This document shows, in pieces, positions 39,711-53,482 of a stretch of DNA of 64,000 nucleotides (its first letter is position 1; every line of letters begins with the position of its first letter). The translations under genes were made by a program, and so were the position numbers. Origin of the DNA: Octopus sinensis (Eukaryota); assembly GCF_006345805.1 (NCBI RefSeq), contig NC_042999.1, positions 174,359,282-174,423,281 of the forward strand, written 5' to 3'. The notes under the pieces were generated by a model that ran no database searches, was not told where the DNA came from, and saw only the letters and a program-made list of their open reading frames with translations.

Positions 39711-41444
39711 ATATATATATGTATATGCGCTGGTGTATGAACACGTATGTAGATAGATAAACAAGTCGATAGAAAGATGTCTATGTATGTTTACACATAC
39801 GTGTGTGTATGTATGCACATACATATATATGTATGTATGCATGAATGCATGCATGTATGTATGTATGTATGTATGTATGTATGTATGTATGTATGTATGT
39901 GTGTATGTATGTATGTATAGCTGTTTTCAATAGCACAAACTAACAGAAAAATAAAACGTCAGTTAATGATTTCCATACTTCGACGGCAACAACGTTTCCA
40001 AATTATATAGTTGTTTTTATCAACTCTTTCTTACCTGTGTGATTGTGTATATCTCTTTGATGTGTGTATACAACAAAAGTACACTATGATAATGGTTTCT
40101 TGCAATAGCTGAGGGCTTTTTTTCAGTATGAAGGGAGTAGCACCATTAAATTTAACTTCGTATACTTACTTTCTGAACCTTATATAAACAAAAGCAAATT
40201 CTATTCCAATGGGAACTATACTCAGTAGATGGGCAAAAATAATACTATAATCCATTTAAATACTTCTGTATATGAAATCAAAATTAATGTTAATGACATT
40301 TAAATATTTTTTTTTTAATTTATTAAGCCTTTTAGCTTTCCAGCAAAATAGTACCATCTGGAACTAAAATCTAACTTATTGTTAGGAGGTCAAGGGCGAC
40401 ACTTTCACTTTTCTGATTTCGTAACTTATTGGTCTTTCAAAAGAAACAGTTATTATAGTTTATCTTTGACGTATCGATTGAAGATTATTTCTACATGCAA
40501 CAATCCTTGTACAAAGCACCGTTGACTAAAATTATTATGCGAGTAACAGGACACTGAAATTAGCGGATTTGCATAAAATGCAATAAATTAAGATATTTCA
40601 GTAAATTATTAAAGGAAAGACATGTGTTACACATGTATGGATTATATATAAAACTAGATTTAAATGATTTAGATTTGTTATTTTATTTTTGTTTCTCAAT
40701 TACAGTATATTTAATGAACACGTAATTTACTTATGTTCCACCAGTTCAAGTCATTTCTTTATATGTATCACCATGACAACCGTTTGACTTAATCCTAATT
40801 TTTCAATTGCTTTTGATATTTTCAACTACTCATGCTTAAATAAAATTCTTTATGTGCTTACAATGACTTCCACACTCCTTGAATTCCTCAACAATAAATT
40901 CAGGGATCATGTATTAAGAAAAAAATAAACTGAGACAATGAGAGGCTAATGTAGTCGATAATAAAACAACAAAATAGCATCCATTTGGATCGAAAGTACA
41001 CTTTAATAAACGCTCTACGTAATACCAAATTATATACTGAAAAATATTATTAGATAATTAAAAATAAAACAAAAATATGACCTGAGTACGTCTGTTGTTG
41101 GTAGGAATGAAGTATTGTCAACGGCTACATTAAATTTATCATGAAAATAGAAGCATCTAGAATCGCTTTATTCATATCAAATTATATGTTTAATTTCTGA
41201 TAGATTTCACCAGTTTTCGCTCAAAAATCGGAACAAATTATATGAATAAACAGAATTTATGTCAATTTCGTAAACAGATAACCGGTCGATTTTACAAAGA
41301 TTTCATGCTAAACGGTTCGATGTTTGTTAAAATTAAGCAATTAACCAATTATACAAATATCTAGTATGCAACTAAATACAATAGATATAGGCTTATATAG
41401 AGACGATGAAGTAGCTTTAACCCTGCTTTTATAAATATATGTAA

Positions 41445-41655
41445 GGCAGCGAGCGGGCAGAATCGTTACGCCAGGAAAAACGCTTAGCAGCTTTTCGTCT
41501 GTTTTTACGTTCCGAGTTCAAAATTCCGATGAGGTCGATTTTGCTTTTTATCCTTCAAGAGTCGATGATATAAGTATCAGTTGAGTACTAGGGCCGATAC
41601 AATCGACTTAACCCCTCCTTCGAAATTGCTGGTCTTGTGCCAAAATTTGAAACTA
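41445..41655 (+). mobile_element. SINE family F1 with alternative 3' tail
   Basis: ggcagcgagcgggcagaatcgtta..gagttcaaaattcc..gtcgattttgc. Tail gaaattgctggtcttgtgccaaaatttgaaac differs from the 1522 copy. Confidence 0.8.
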
Positions 41656-42828
41656 TTTGTGTGTGTGTGTGTGTGAAAGAGAGAGAGAGAAAGAGAGAGA
41701 GATATATACAAATAGAAAGCATCTAATTAAAAACTCAGTCTATTTCGGCATAAAAATAACTATCACCGGTTTTTTGCATATTTACTAGATGTCACCATCA
41801 ACTTAACCACAGAAGTAATAGTCAAAGAAGTAATAAGTATGTTATTCTTTAATATCACATGTAAAGGAAATATTAGATCTTATATAGATCATAAGTACAT
41901 GTTTGTAGAAATAAAGATATAAATGTTTTTACTAATATCATTTTCCTCATAAACTTACTAAAATTACTATATACAGAAACCGTGACCAAATCTCAAAATC
42001 GGCTTCTGCCTATTTTGTTGCACTCGCAGCAACAATTGATTCACGGCATCAAATGCATTGTGGAGAGTGATTGGTGAGCAGCTGGTATCTGATCATTAGC
42101 AAAGTCAGATAACTGCGTCAATCAGGGATTGAAATCGTTTTGTGGACTCAACCCACTGAATCTTTCTACTCTTACAAATCCTCTGAACTCGAATATTGAT
42201 TTCCCACATTGGTAATTTTTTATCAGTATGGATACTTAGGTGTAGCAGTTTTATTGTCTCTTTAGAATAAACAATGAATAATAATTCCGAGTCGTAATTC
42301 GCTCGAATCCTTACGTGGCAACCAATCAATGCAATTGTTTACAGAACTAACCCGCATTTGGCGCATGTTTAATCACATTTGGATTCATTTCAGGGGCTAC
42401 AGATGTACTTGAAAAGGATTAGAACTTCACAACGTACGATTTTCTCTTCCTCAAACTAGTTAAAAGAAATAATCATCGGTTCCTTTCCATTTGGTACACT
42501 GTCATTAAGGTAAGGGTTAAGGACAAAGTGTAGTTGAGTGAACCAATTTCATATTTTTTAACTTAGTTTTATTGAACTTTGTATGACTAAAACTAAAACT
42601 GAATCCTGTGTTATTTAAATTCGTAGCCGAGGAAGACAAAACTTCATTTGACTAAAAACAAGGAACCTATAATTTAGACAGGGAATGTGGGGAATTGTAA
42701 CATTCAAGCTTTTTTCCAAAATAAAAAGGAAACAAATTAAAACTGAAACTGCTTCGCTGAATCTTACCATTTTTCTACGTTCTTTATATAAAATCTCTCA
42801 AGGTTCTCTGGTGACATTCATATATATT

Positions 42829-42860
<32 letters not shown>

Positions 42861-42932
42861 TGTATGTATGTATGTATGTATGTATGTATGTATGTATGTA
42901 TGTATGTATGTATGGATATATACATATACATA

Positions 42933-43195
42933 TGTCGTCGGCTGCGGGGTCACTCCGAAAAGCTCTATCTGCGACGATTTCATCTCAATCGAAGGAGAGG
43001 TGCTTTCTCCGTCCAGGTTGCGGATCCGTGGAATAAGCTGCCGGACGAGATAGTGAAGATGCCGACGACCGCTCGGTTCAAAGTCTCTCTTGACCAGAAA
43101 TGGCCTGAGCTCTTTGCATGAACGCCACCCTGTACATAACTCCATGTCCCCCTACATGGCCTTGCTTTTTGCTTTTTGAGCCAAAAAAAAATAAC
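42933..43195 (+). mobile_element. CR1-clade LINE 3' end
   Basis: RRLRGHSEKLYLRRFHLNRRRGAFSVQVADPWNKLPDEIVKM..FKVSLDQKW*, short 3' UTR and A-run. Confidence 0.85.
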
Positions 43196-44702
43196 TTAAC
43201 TATATACACAGACATGTTTTTTTTTTTCATAAATGAGAGGAAGAATATTCAGTACACATTATAAATACTAAAATAATTATTAATATTATTTTATTTATAA
43301 GTAATTAAGCATTATGTTTCTATCAGCAGCTGGCTCTTAGCTCTGTCGTTACTCGTAGTTTCCTGCTTGTCACGTTAGTCCAGGAGAAATATAATAAAAA
43401 TATAATAAATGGCGTTTGGACAGGATGTTTTACACATTAATTTCATTTGTTAATTTCATTTGTCATCTCAGATAATGTGCTGTTAATACTACGGTTCTCG
43501 GTTGAGCAGCGTGCAATTGATGGAAGACAAATCCACAGAGAGAGAGAAAGACAAATCTTGATTTATATATGGCGTGGGCTGCTTAATTTTAGTTCCCAGG
43601 AGAGATAATTTGAAATGAATGTTATGTAGCGGGGGAATAATCCTTTCTATTGTTTATTTCTTCTTCATTTATCTTAGTCCTATTTTAAATGAATCTGCAG
43701 ATGTAATGTAGTCCAGTGATAAAGGCTGAATTTTGTCCGACGTAAGAATGTGCAGAATTTTTCGTCTCTAAAATTCAAGATCTTATATGGCGTACTAATA
43801 ATATTTTGTACCTTTTCTGCGCTCATAAATTACATCTTTTCTTCCTACTATTACCTGGCTCGGTTTTCTCAACAACGTCTCATTTTATAGTACATAGTTC
43901 ACTCATATATCATCAACCCTCAGCATATATTGAATTAATGATACAGATTTAATTTTGTCCCTGGATTTTAATGATTGAATATGTTCTGTTTTATCAAGTT
44001 TCCAAGATGTTTTCTTTTCACTCTGTGTGTGTGTGTGCCGTTTAACACCATCTGCTGCTTTCACATCAGTTCCACATACTATGGCTCTCGATAAGCATTT
44101 TCCATTGGGATGGCAGTTTAGTGTGTATCATTTAGTTTCATTTAGTGTATTAGAAGTGTTGATGTGTGTGTGCGTGTGTGTATACTTATGTGCGTGTGCA
44201 GAGATAGATAAATAGAGGGAGAGAGTGGAGTGTGAGTGAAAGAGACAGAAACAAAAAATTGTTTGACTGTTACTCGCGTTACTTTTAAAAGAGGATGTTA
44301 TTACAATTATTTCAAAAACTTTGATTTAAAATATTACTACTTGTATATCATAACAGTATTTGAGTTTTAACGATTCGTCACTTGTAGCTTGAGAAACTCA
44401 ACGATGAGATAATGGTTGTGAACTAACTGCTACCCAATTAGAGCCCTAAATCACATTTTTTAATGATGCTGCAGAAAAAATTGTAAAGAAATATTGAAAG
44501 GGAAAAAATATTCCAATTTGGAAAAAACATGAAGCTACTAACGATGCAGCCATTGTCAGAAAATTTTATCTCATTATCCATATATTGTGTGGCTGGTGCA
44601 TATAAATGTATATGTACGTAAAATCAGTGTTGATTTATCAGATACTTAAGTGTATGGTTTGTCACATATATTTGTTGAGGGTCATCATCGCTGTATATTG
44701 GA

Positions 44703-44704
<2 letters not shown>

Positions 44705-44773
<69 letters not shown>

Positions 44774-44895
44774 TATGTGCGCTTGTGTATGCATACATAT
44801 ACACATGCATAAATACATGGTGAATATGTAGATAGATAGATAGATAGATATAGATGTATATTTATATCAAAAATATAAATATATGAAAGAATGTA

Positions 44896-44947
<52 letters not shown>

Positions 44948-45025
44948 ATAATATATATATATATATTATAAATATATGTATATATATATATATAATATAT
45001 ATATATAATATATGTATATATATAA

Positions 45026-45074
<49 letters not shown>

Positions 45075-45151
45075 AAATATATGTATATATATATATATAT
45101 ATATATGTATAAATATATGTATAAATATATGTATATATATATATGTATAAA

Positions 45152-45192
<41 letters not shown>

Positions 45193-45280
45193 AAATATAT
45201 GTATATATATATATGTATAAATATATGTATATATATATTATATATATATATATGTATGTATATATATATATATATATCAC
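44705..45280. repeat. Long (TA)n/(TATG)n microsatellite block
   Basis: Direct reading. Similar blocks lie at 25140-25360, 26080-26170, 26650-26790 and 46850-47310. Confidence 0.95.
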
Positions 45281-45599
45281 GCGCGCACTCACACAAACAT
45301 ACACGCACGCACACACATAAAAGATAATCTTTCCGCCTCTCGTTCTCCTTCTTTCTCATTCTGTATATATATATATATATATATATGCATGCTTACGCAC
45401 ACATACACGCGCGCACGCAAACACGTATATATACATACATAACCAAATGTATGTGTGTGTGTGGTGTTTACAAAAGGGAGAAAGTACAATAAATCTAACC
45501 AACCGTCACTCGCGAGTGAGTATGATGTACCGTGCTGTCCCTAATAGTTTTAGGTTCCTCTGTATTCACAGAAGACATAGACACTCTCTCGGTTGCCTT

Positions 45600-45820
45600 T
45601 TCTTTGGCTCAGCGGCACATCCAGGATGTGAGAGCATGATGAAGAGTAAGCTGCACCTGTAACCAGCTGCTATTCATTTACGGTTGAGTAGACTGGAGCA
45701 ACGTGTTATGAAGTGATAAGCTCAAAGAGACTACACATTCAGCCGTTCAGTAACTATATTGATGGCTATATGACTATGAGCTGAATACCTTAACCACCAG
45801 ACTACGGGCTATCTCACAAA
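45600..45820 (-). mobile_element. SINE family F2, diverged
   Basis: gagtagactggagcaacgtgttatgaagtgataagctcaaagag..ccttaaccaccagactac matches the 6790-6900 and 14475-14590 copies. Confidence 0.55.
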
Positions 45821-46109
45821 CTGAACGAAAGGGATACACTTGGTTTTATTAGCAAATGTCTTGGTGACAACTTGGATAAGCGAGGGTTTTCAGAAAAAGA
45901 AATCAACGAACTAACGTACACATTACGTACAAATACAATCTGTAAACGAAGCAGTAAAAAAATATGCATGAGTTCTTAGAGTCAACATGCGACGTTGTTT
46001 TTTGTTACCCACATTCCAATGACAGAACTTTATATCCATGTTAGAAAGCAGCTCTTTGCTGAAAGGAGAGAGCTGGTTTCCAACAAATTATTTTAAAATG
46101 GAAGAAAAC

Positions 46110-46240
46110 ATACGTAGAGGTATTGCTATGGGGGTTAAGAACTTTTGCTCGCAGCTTCATGATCCAGGGTTCAATCCGGCAGTTAGGAACTTTTGGTTCG
46201 TATCTTCTTCTATAGCCTCGTGTTCGCCAATAACTTGTGT
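46110..46240 (+). mobile_element. SINE family F3, diverged head
   Basis: ggttaagaacttttgct..gggttcaatcc..tcttcttctatagcctcg matches 58500-58600. Confidence 0.55.
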
Positions 46241-46466
46241 AGTAGTAGTAGTAGGAGGAGGAGGAGGAGGAGAGGAGAGAGGAGGAGGAAGGGGAGAAGG
46301 AAATTTTTCAAAGAATATCTGTAATGTTTTGCTAATCCTTACTGTAATGTGTTTATTTTTGCTTTATTTATGGTGACTCCTCGGTTTAATTATTGAAATA
46401 TTTGGCTTTAAAAAACAATATTTATACATCTACACGATAAGCAACAACAATAACAACAACTATAAC

Positions 46467-46500
<34 letters not shown>

Positions 46501-47174
46501 TAATAATAATAATAATAATAATAATATGCTGCTTGATAACGATAGCTATCCTTCAATAAGAAGCTCGAGATATAATCTAAAGTATATTTGTGTTATGTGT
46601 ATGTGCGCGTGTGTGTTTGTGTGTGTGTGTGTGTGTGTATGTGTGTGTGTGTGTGTGTGAGTATGTGTGTTGTGTTTTGTTTTCCTATAATTTTTTGTCT
46701 TTCTGTTCTTGTTGCTGTGTTATTCTTGTTTCAATTCCATAGCCAAGTCTTTGCCGACGGCAAGGATTGATAGTTTCATTCTGAGAGAGAGAGAGAGGGA
46801 AAGAGAAAGAGAGAGAACGGAGGGAAGATACACACACTCATACACACAAGCATGTATACATATATATACACACACACACACAAACATATATATATATATA
46901 TATATATACACGCGTGTGCACACATACAGATACACATATATATGCATGTATATATGAATGCATTATATATCTACATATGTATATATATAAATACATGTAT
47001 ATATAAATATGCATATATAAATATACATTTACATTTATATATATATATATAATATATATATGCTATATATATGCACATATATATGTATGTATATATATCT
47101 AATATATATATATAATTATATATATATATATATAATATATATATATATATTATATATATATATATATATTTATT

Positions 47175-47205
<31 letters not shown>

Positions 47206-47739
47206 ATATACACGTATATACTCACATATTACATATATATACGCCATAATATACACATACGCATATTGTATATATATATATATGACTGTGGGTGTATATA
47301 TATATATATGTGCGTAGTGTGCGTGCGTGCGTAGGGATGTATGTATGTATGTATCGTTGCGTCTTTTGAGACTGGAAACTTTGTTGCCGATATAAAAGGA
47401 GGATGAGGGGGGAGGAGGAGAAACAGGAGGAGAGGGGATGAGAGGAGGACGATGAGGAAGAGGAGGCAAGTGTAGAAATATTTTTTTCTTTATTATTATT
47501 TCAATTATAAGACTAAACAGGAAGCAATCACGGATATAATTTTTGATTGTAATTTAGAACACCTACTCGTGTGAGAGAATGTGTGCGTTTGTTTATAAGC
47601 ATATATCTGTCTATCAACACGTTTCCATATGTGTATGTATGTATTTATTTAAGTATTTGTTTATATATATATTCGTATGTGTATGTATATATGTGCTTGT
47701 ATGTATTCATTCATGTATGTATTTACGTGTATATTTGCA

Positions 47740-47775
<36 letters not shown>

Positions 47776-48409
47776 TGTCTGTCTGGCTGTGCTTTCATTT
47801 AATAAGGGGAACACAAAATAGTTGGATAGCAGGAATCTGACAAACGGAGGACATGATTCGATTTCTATTCCAAATTGCTGTTTAAAATTTTAGCTATTAA
47901 AAATAGCTATTTTAATTCACATAAGCTGAAAATGTCCTTGTCATCACAGAAAATGTATATAGCGCCTTATTTTCTTTCACTGAAATCGATATCGGGCTTT
48001 ATCGAAGGAGCCCTTCAAACTAACAAAAGTGCATCTGCATGGTCGCTTGAACAACTAGAAATAGCAACTAAAGCTACTTCAAATCACGCTCTGGCATCTT
48101 ATATAAGAAACACATTGAACAATTGAGTGCTGTCGCTTAGGTTGTAAGTAAATACGTATTTCTTGTGAAGGTGCGCAGCCTAGTGCTTCATGTGTTGGAC
48201 TTATGGCCGTGAAGTCGTGAGTTCTGTGTCCTTTAGAAAAACAGTTCATTTCACGTTATCTTAATCCGTTCAACTGGAAATGTGTTCTGTGTTACTGCCT
48301 CGGGGGCCATTAGACAAATATCTTCAAAGGCAAGGAAGAGGTCAACGGTTCCCGGAAGCTAGCAGTACACAGGACGGTGTTATAGCTTGCAACCAAGTCA
48401 ACAACACTA

Positions 48410-48536
48410 CTTTCTTTCTCTCCCTTTCTCTCTCTCTCCCTCTCTCTCTCTCTCTCGCTCTCTCTCTCTCTCCATATATATATATATATATATTCACTCT
48501 CTCTCTTTCTCTCTCTCTACCTCTCTCTCGTTCTCG

Positions 48537-48568
<32 letters not shown>

Positions 48569-48597
48569 TTCTCTTTCTCTCTATCTCTCTCTCCCCC

Positions 48598-48690
<93 letters not shown>
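48410..48690. repeat. (CT)n microsatellite block
   Basis: Direct reading; another block lies at 52767-52915. Confidence 0.95.
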
Positions 48691-48692
<2 letters not shown>

Positions 48693-49305
48693 TAACTTAG
48701 ACAAATGATAATAGGCCTAAACGTTAGGTTCATCAATGCACGCAACAAACTTATGCTTTTTCTCGAAACCATATTTTACTACTGTTGACTTGTAAAAGAA
48801 AAAGCGGCAGATGAGACATGACAGATACAGTACGACAATAAGTGCCTCGAGTTAACAATGTTACATTAATGGTCAGATGACAAGCATACGATCAATTTGC
48901 AACCTCACCCTATTCCATTACATAGCCGAAATATTTCAGACCTTATTGTCCAAAAAGTTTATGAATGAAAACAGGCGAAATACTAGCAACATGGATGGCC
49001 AGCATTTGAAGGAATTTTGCGCTACTAGTTATTACAGGTAACAAAATCTGCTGTGGTTATTCTTTAGTTATTAAAATCTGGAAGAAATTGGGTTGCTATG
49101 AAACTGTGTAACTATGTGTATTTCTAAAGTTTACCGTGTAAATGATTTCACCGAGTATATAACATGTTGAAAAGAGCTGGCCGTGTACTTAATGTCCACA
49201 TAACTCGCTAATAAAGCAAAACTTGGGGAAAACAACAACGAACCAATTTTTTAATTTTATATACTTTTTATTAAATGTGAACATCAAAGCTTCGGTAATT
49301 TCTGA

Positions 49306-49517
49306 GATACCAGAGAGGACACTCAAGCAAATAATCGATCAGTGGAGCAAACCAACAGAACAAAAACAATGTTATCTAATTTGTTGGTGATTGGATATAT
49401 TGGTTTTGGGGAGGGGTTGGTCGTAGGAGCACGCAAAAATGTTTAAACACACAATACTAGGTATGACCACCGGTCACTGTGGCATTATGAAGTTTAATAA
49501 ACCACAGATATGAATGG

Positions 49518-49559
<42 letters not shown>

Positions 49560-49710
49560 CTATCTCCCTTTCTCTTTCAACATACACATACTAAACGAGT
49601 AAACGAAAAAAACTTCCTGTTGTCCCGCGAATTGATCAAAATAGCAGCCAAATATCCTCAAATTACATCCTACGTCTTTGATAATAGAAAAATAAGAGGA
49701 CCTATTATTT
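49306..49710. repeat. Old dispersed repeat, paralogous to 51913-52472
   Basis: ccagagaggacactcaagca..caatgttatctaatt..ggtgattg..acacaatacta.gtatgacca..gatatgaatg..acatccta.gtc..ggacctatt is colinear in both copies. Confidence 0.8.
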
Positions 49711-51097
49711 CTAAATGACTGAAAAAAAAAACGACGGTTATTCACAGGTCTGCTCCCTCGGGATCTAAATAACAACTGTTACATACTTTGAACACATAAA
49801 ATTAGTGGGTATGTGGCTGAGTAGTATGCAGACAGGTGTGTTCAGAGAAACAATTCTTTGATTGAACCAGTGAGAGAAGTAGAAGTCACAGAAAAGCTAA
49901 CGTTAAGTACAGGAAAAGTTGGGATTTGAAATTAGACCACCAGAACGAAAACAACTTAAGGAATATTATCCGACGATCTCATGTTTCCGCCAATTCACCG
50001 TTTCCGTTGTCATGGTTACAATAAGATCTGTAAGTTATTTAAAGAGCTACTGATATGATTCGAACTGCTGACCTCCTCGCTGGATGTGCAATACCTTAAC
50101 TTGAAATCAATAAAATGATATTTAAGCCAAGTAATCATTTTATTTCGTTGGAAAAATATTTGGAAACGGATGGCTTTTGAAATGGCATGAACATGATAAT
50201 ATACATGGCACTGATGGTTATTATGATGGTACTGACGGTGATAAAGGCTTTGGAGTTATAGCGGTAATAAAGGTGGTGGTGGTGGTGGTGGCGGCGGTGG
50301 CGGTGCTGGTGCTGGTGGTGCTGGTGCTGGCGGCGGCGGCGGCGGCGGTGGTGGTGCTGGTGGTGGTGCTGGTGGTGGTGCTGGTGGTAAGGGGGGAGTT
50401 TATAGTGATAGTGGTGGTAATGCAACAACGACGATTATAATGATGACGACGATGATGACGAGGAGTAGGAGGAGGATGACAGTTGATGATTGTTGTGGGG
50501 AAGTCAGTGATGGCGGGAGGAGTTAGTGATATATAACGGTGCAGGCAATAATGGCAACAATTTTGGTAATAACTGATGATACTGGCTGTTGTGATTGTCG
50601 TAGCGGTAGTAATAGGTGTCGTCGAAGGTGGTGGTGGTGGTTAATTAATAGTGCCAGAGATGTCAAAGGTTTTCAGAGATGAGAATAATGATAGCAGTGA
50701 CAGTAGCACTGGTGTCATGTTATTGGAGGGATATTGAAGCGTTGTTAAATTATCAGTAAGAATTGTTATTTTAAACAAAACTATTTCGCCGATAATTCTA
50801 GACGAGATAAACAGAATGACAATGTTGCTAATTTAGTGGCAGGGACAAAAAGAGAAGAAGAAGAAGAAGAAGAAGAGAAGAAGAGAAGAAGAAGAAGAAG
50901 AAGGTGGAGATGTATGTAAGTGGAGAGATGATTATACTGATGAGGTGGAGTGAAAAAATTGGTGGAAGAATAAGCAACCTTACAAATTAGTCGTAGAACT
51001 TTTAGTGTTTCCCTACGGCATTGTTGTGTCTTGATAGATTTTATTTTGAAACAAAAAGGCTGGGGGAAGGAAAGAAAGAAAGAAAGAAAGAAAGAAA

Positions 51098-51130
<33 letters not shown>

Positions 51131-51439
51131 AAATAGACTGAATACATTACTATAGAAATGATACTCTGGAATTTAAAATAATCCCTTGTTATTTATGAAG
51201 AACAAAAGGTGGTGGAGTAACAGACGGTAGAGAGAAGAAATGGACGGACTAAATATATTCATTTAGTTTCATCCCTCAACGGTTTAAGTTCAAAACTTGG
51301 TGGTGAAGTCGATTTGGCTTATTTCAGTGGATCTGATTCAAAATGTATAAACCCACCAACTACAAATGTCGGTGAAGGTGTCACAATGTGAGATAATATC
51401 TTATATGAAATAAGACTCTTCAGTTTCCAATTTCTCGAG

Positions 51440-51545
51440 ACTTAAGAATCGCTGTATTTTAGAGGGGCTGAATGTTCTACAGACACTTGTACCCTTAACG
51501 TAATCGTCGGACAGACTCAGCGTGTGACAAGGTTGACTCTATTGA
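51440..51545 (-). mobile_element. Partial SINE (F2 3' part) interrupted by a GC-rich insert
   Basis: acagacacttgtacccttaacgtaatc..tcagcgtgtgacaagg resembles 14378-14445. Confidence 0.6.
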
Positions 51546-51657
51546 CTAAGGGTCGCTCATCGGCTGCGTCGGCGCCCGCAAAGGCGCTCGACATGCACCG
51601 CGCGCTTCGCACCAGATAAAGAACGACCGGATAATGAACGACAGGCCGCGGAACAAG
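51546..51657. other. 112-bp CpG-rich insert of unknown origin
   Basis: 70/112 G+C and 17 CpG by hand count, in very AT-rich surroundings. Flanked by tga on both sides (51543-51545 and 51658-51660). Confidence 0.6.
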
Positions 51658-51987
51658 TGAATTGTAGGGATCTGCTATTATACAGTTTCAAACTTTAAAT
51701 TTGGTCACAAGGTTTGGATAGGCTAGAAGAAACTTGCTTCTGCTACCGTGTACTTGGATCGAAAATTTCTAATAATTGAAAAATAAACTAATCAGCCATG
51801 CTTGTATCTACTTATGTACATACACACACACGTGTGAATATATACATAGGTGTAAGTTAAATTCCAAATGAATTGTGACGTCATCAATTTCAAGGATTCA
51901 GTAATTTCTGGGATTCCAGAGAGGACACTCAAGCAGGAAAGCAAACAGGACAAAAGCAATGTTATCTAATTCGCTGGTGATTGTATA

Positions 51988-52208
51988 CAGTAATCCCTCG
52001 CCATATCGCGGGTCACCTATCGCGGTTTATTATTTAAGCTTACGTCGATTCCTCCGTGATGTTGTTTCGCATTTATAATAAAATAAATGTATACAAATTA
52101 TCAAAATAATAAAAAAAAATACAGTACAGTACTGTTTTTACTTCACGGATTTTCACTTATCGCGTGGGGGTGTGAATTGTAGCACCCGCGATAGTCGAGG
52201 GATTACTG
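51988..52208. mobile_element. 221-bp pogo/Tigger-like MITE
   Basis: TA|cagtaatccctcgccatatcgcggg ... cccgcgatagtcgagggattactg|TA. The empty site is visible in the paralog at about 49388-49402. Confidence 0.9.
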
Positions 52209-52486
52209 TATATTGTTTGCAGGAGAGGGGCAGTGGCTGAGGGATCTAAGAAAAAGTTTAAATACACAATACTATGTATGACCATCAGTAGTATAATGAA
52301 ATTTGATCAACCATCGATATGAATGAGTCTCTCTCAACATACACGTTTTCAGTAGAAGAGTCAACAAAGAAAACTCTGAGTCATATCTCGATCTGATAAA
52401 AAAAAAAAAAAGATAGCGCCACATATCCTTTTAATAACATCCTATGTCCTTAAATGAAAATAGGACCTATTTTTAAGTTGTAAATG

Positions 52487-52667
52487 GCAAAATGCTTAGC
52501 GGCATTGCGTCCGTTTTACGTTCTGAGTTCAAATTCCGCCGATGAAGACTTTGCCTTTCATCCTTTCGGGCTCGATAAAACAAGTACCGGCTGAGTACAG
52601 GGGTCGATGTAATCAACTATCCCCCACCCCAAAGTTTCAGGCCTTCTGCCTATAGTAGAAAATATTA
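52487..52667 (+). mobile_element. SINE family F1, 5' truncated, with 14-bp TSD
   Basis: TSD ttaagttgtaaatg at 52473-52486 and 52668-52681. Body ttacgttctgagttcaaattccgcc..tttgcctttcatcctttcggg. Confidence 0.9.
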
Positions 52668-52762
52668 TTAAGTTGTAAATGTCTGGAAAAAAAGACATGG
52701 TAACACTGAAGTTTCATATACTGGATCACATCTGCAAACATAAACTAGAGCAATCCTAGAAT

Positions 52763-52868
<106 letters not shown>

Positions 52869-53482
52869 CGTCTCTCTCTCTCTTCTCTCTCCTCTCTCTC
52901 TCTCTCTCTCTCTGGAACGAATAAAAATATGAATAAAAATATGCTGAAAGGCTAACCACTTCACTTCATTTGTGGATAGTTTGAAGGTTTTATTATCCTA
53001 AAGACCTCAGCAGAAAAAAATAACACGAAAAGGCAGCTGGAAAGCAGAAAAGAATACTGGTTAACATTGTTGTCAGTCAAGAAGCAGGTTTGGGGTTGTT
53101 GATGAGCTATCTGACACACTCACGAGCTTCGCTAGGAAGAAAAATTAGGCTCACATCTCTCAGACAATTCTTACGAACAGATATCGAATGGAATTTCGGA
53201 ATCGTCAATGTAGATATGCAAAAACTGAAATGCACCACTCAGTTTGTATTTACTTACAATATTCATGATATTAATGGATATGGATAATGTAAGAGTGACC
53301 GCAATTTTATATAGTTTTCAATACAGAACATATATTTTGTTATTTTGAATAAATTTAGGAACTTAGACTCGAGGGAAATATATCACAGCCTGCATGCTAG
53401 CCACGAGAGCAGCTTTTGACCGTTTCTTCACTAGATAACATGAAGGTTGCATTATCTGTACTAAGATGATTGCTGGAAGATA

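Noticed and set aside
42376-42420. Possible 45-nt minus-strand exon (PEMNPNVIKHAPNA)
   Set aside because: Splice-like ends, but no compositional signal, no partner exons and no recognised motif.
50135-50440. His/Gln/Arg-rich or Val/Ala-rich ORFs in a GC-rich patch
   Set aside because: Compound GGT/GGC/GCT trinucleotide microsatellite with no splice or domain evidence.
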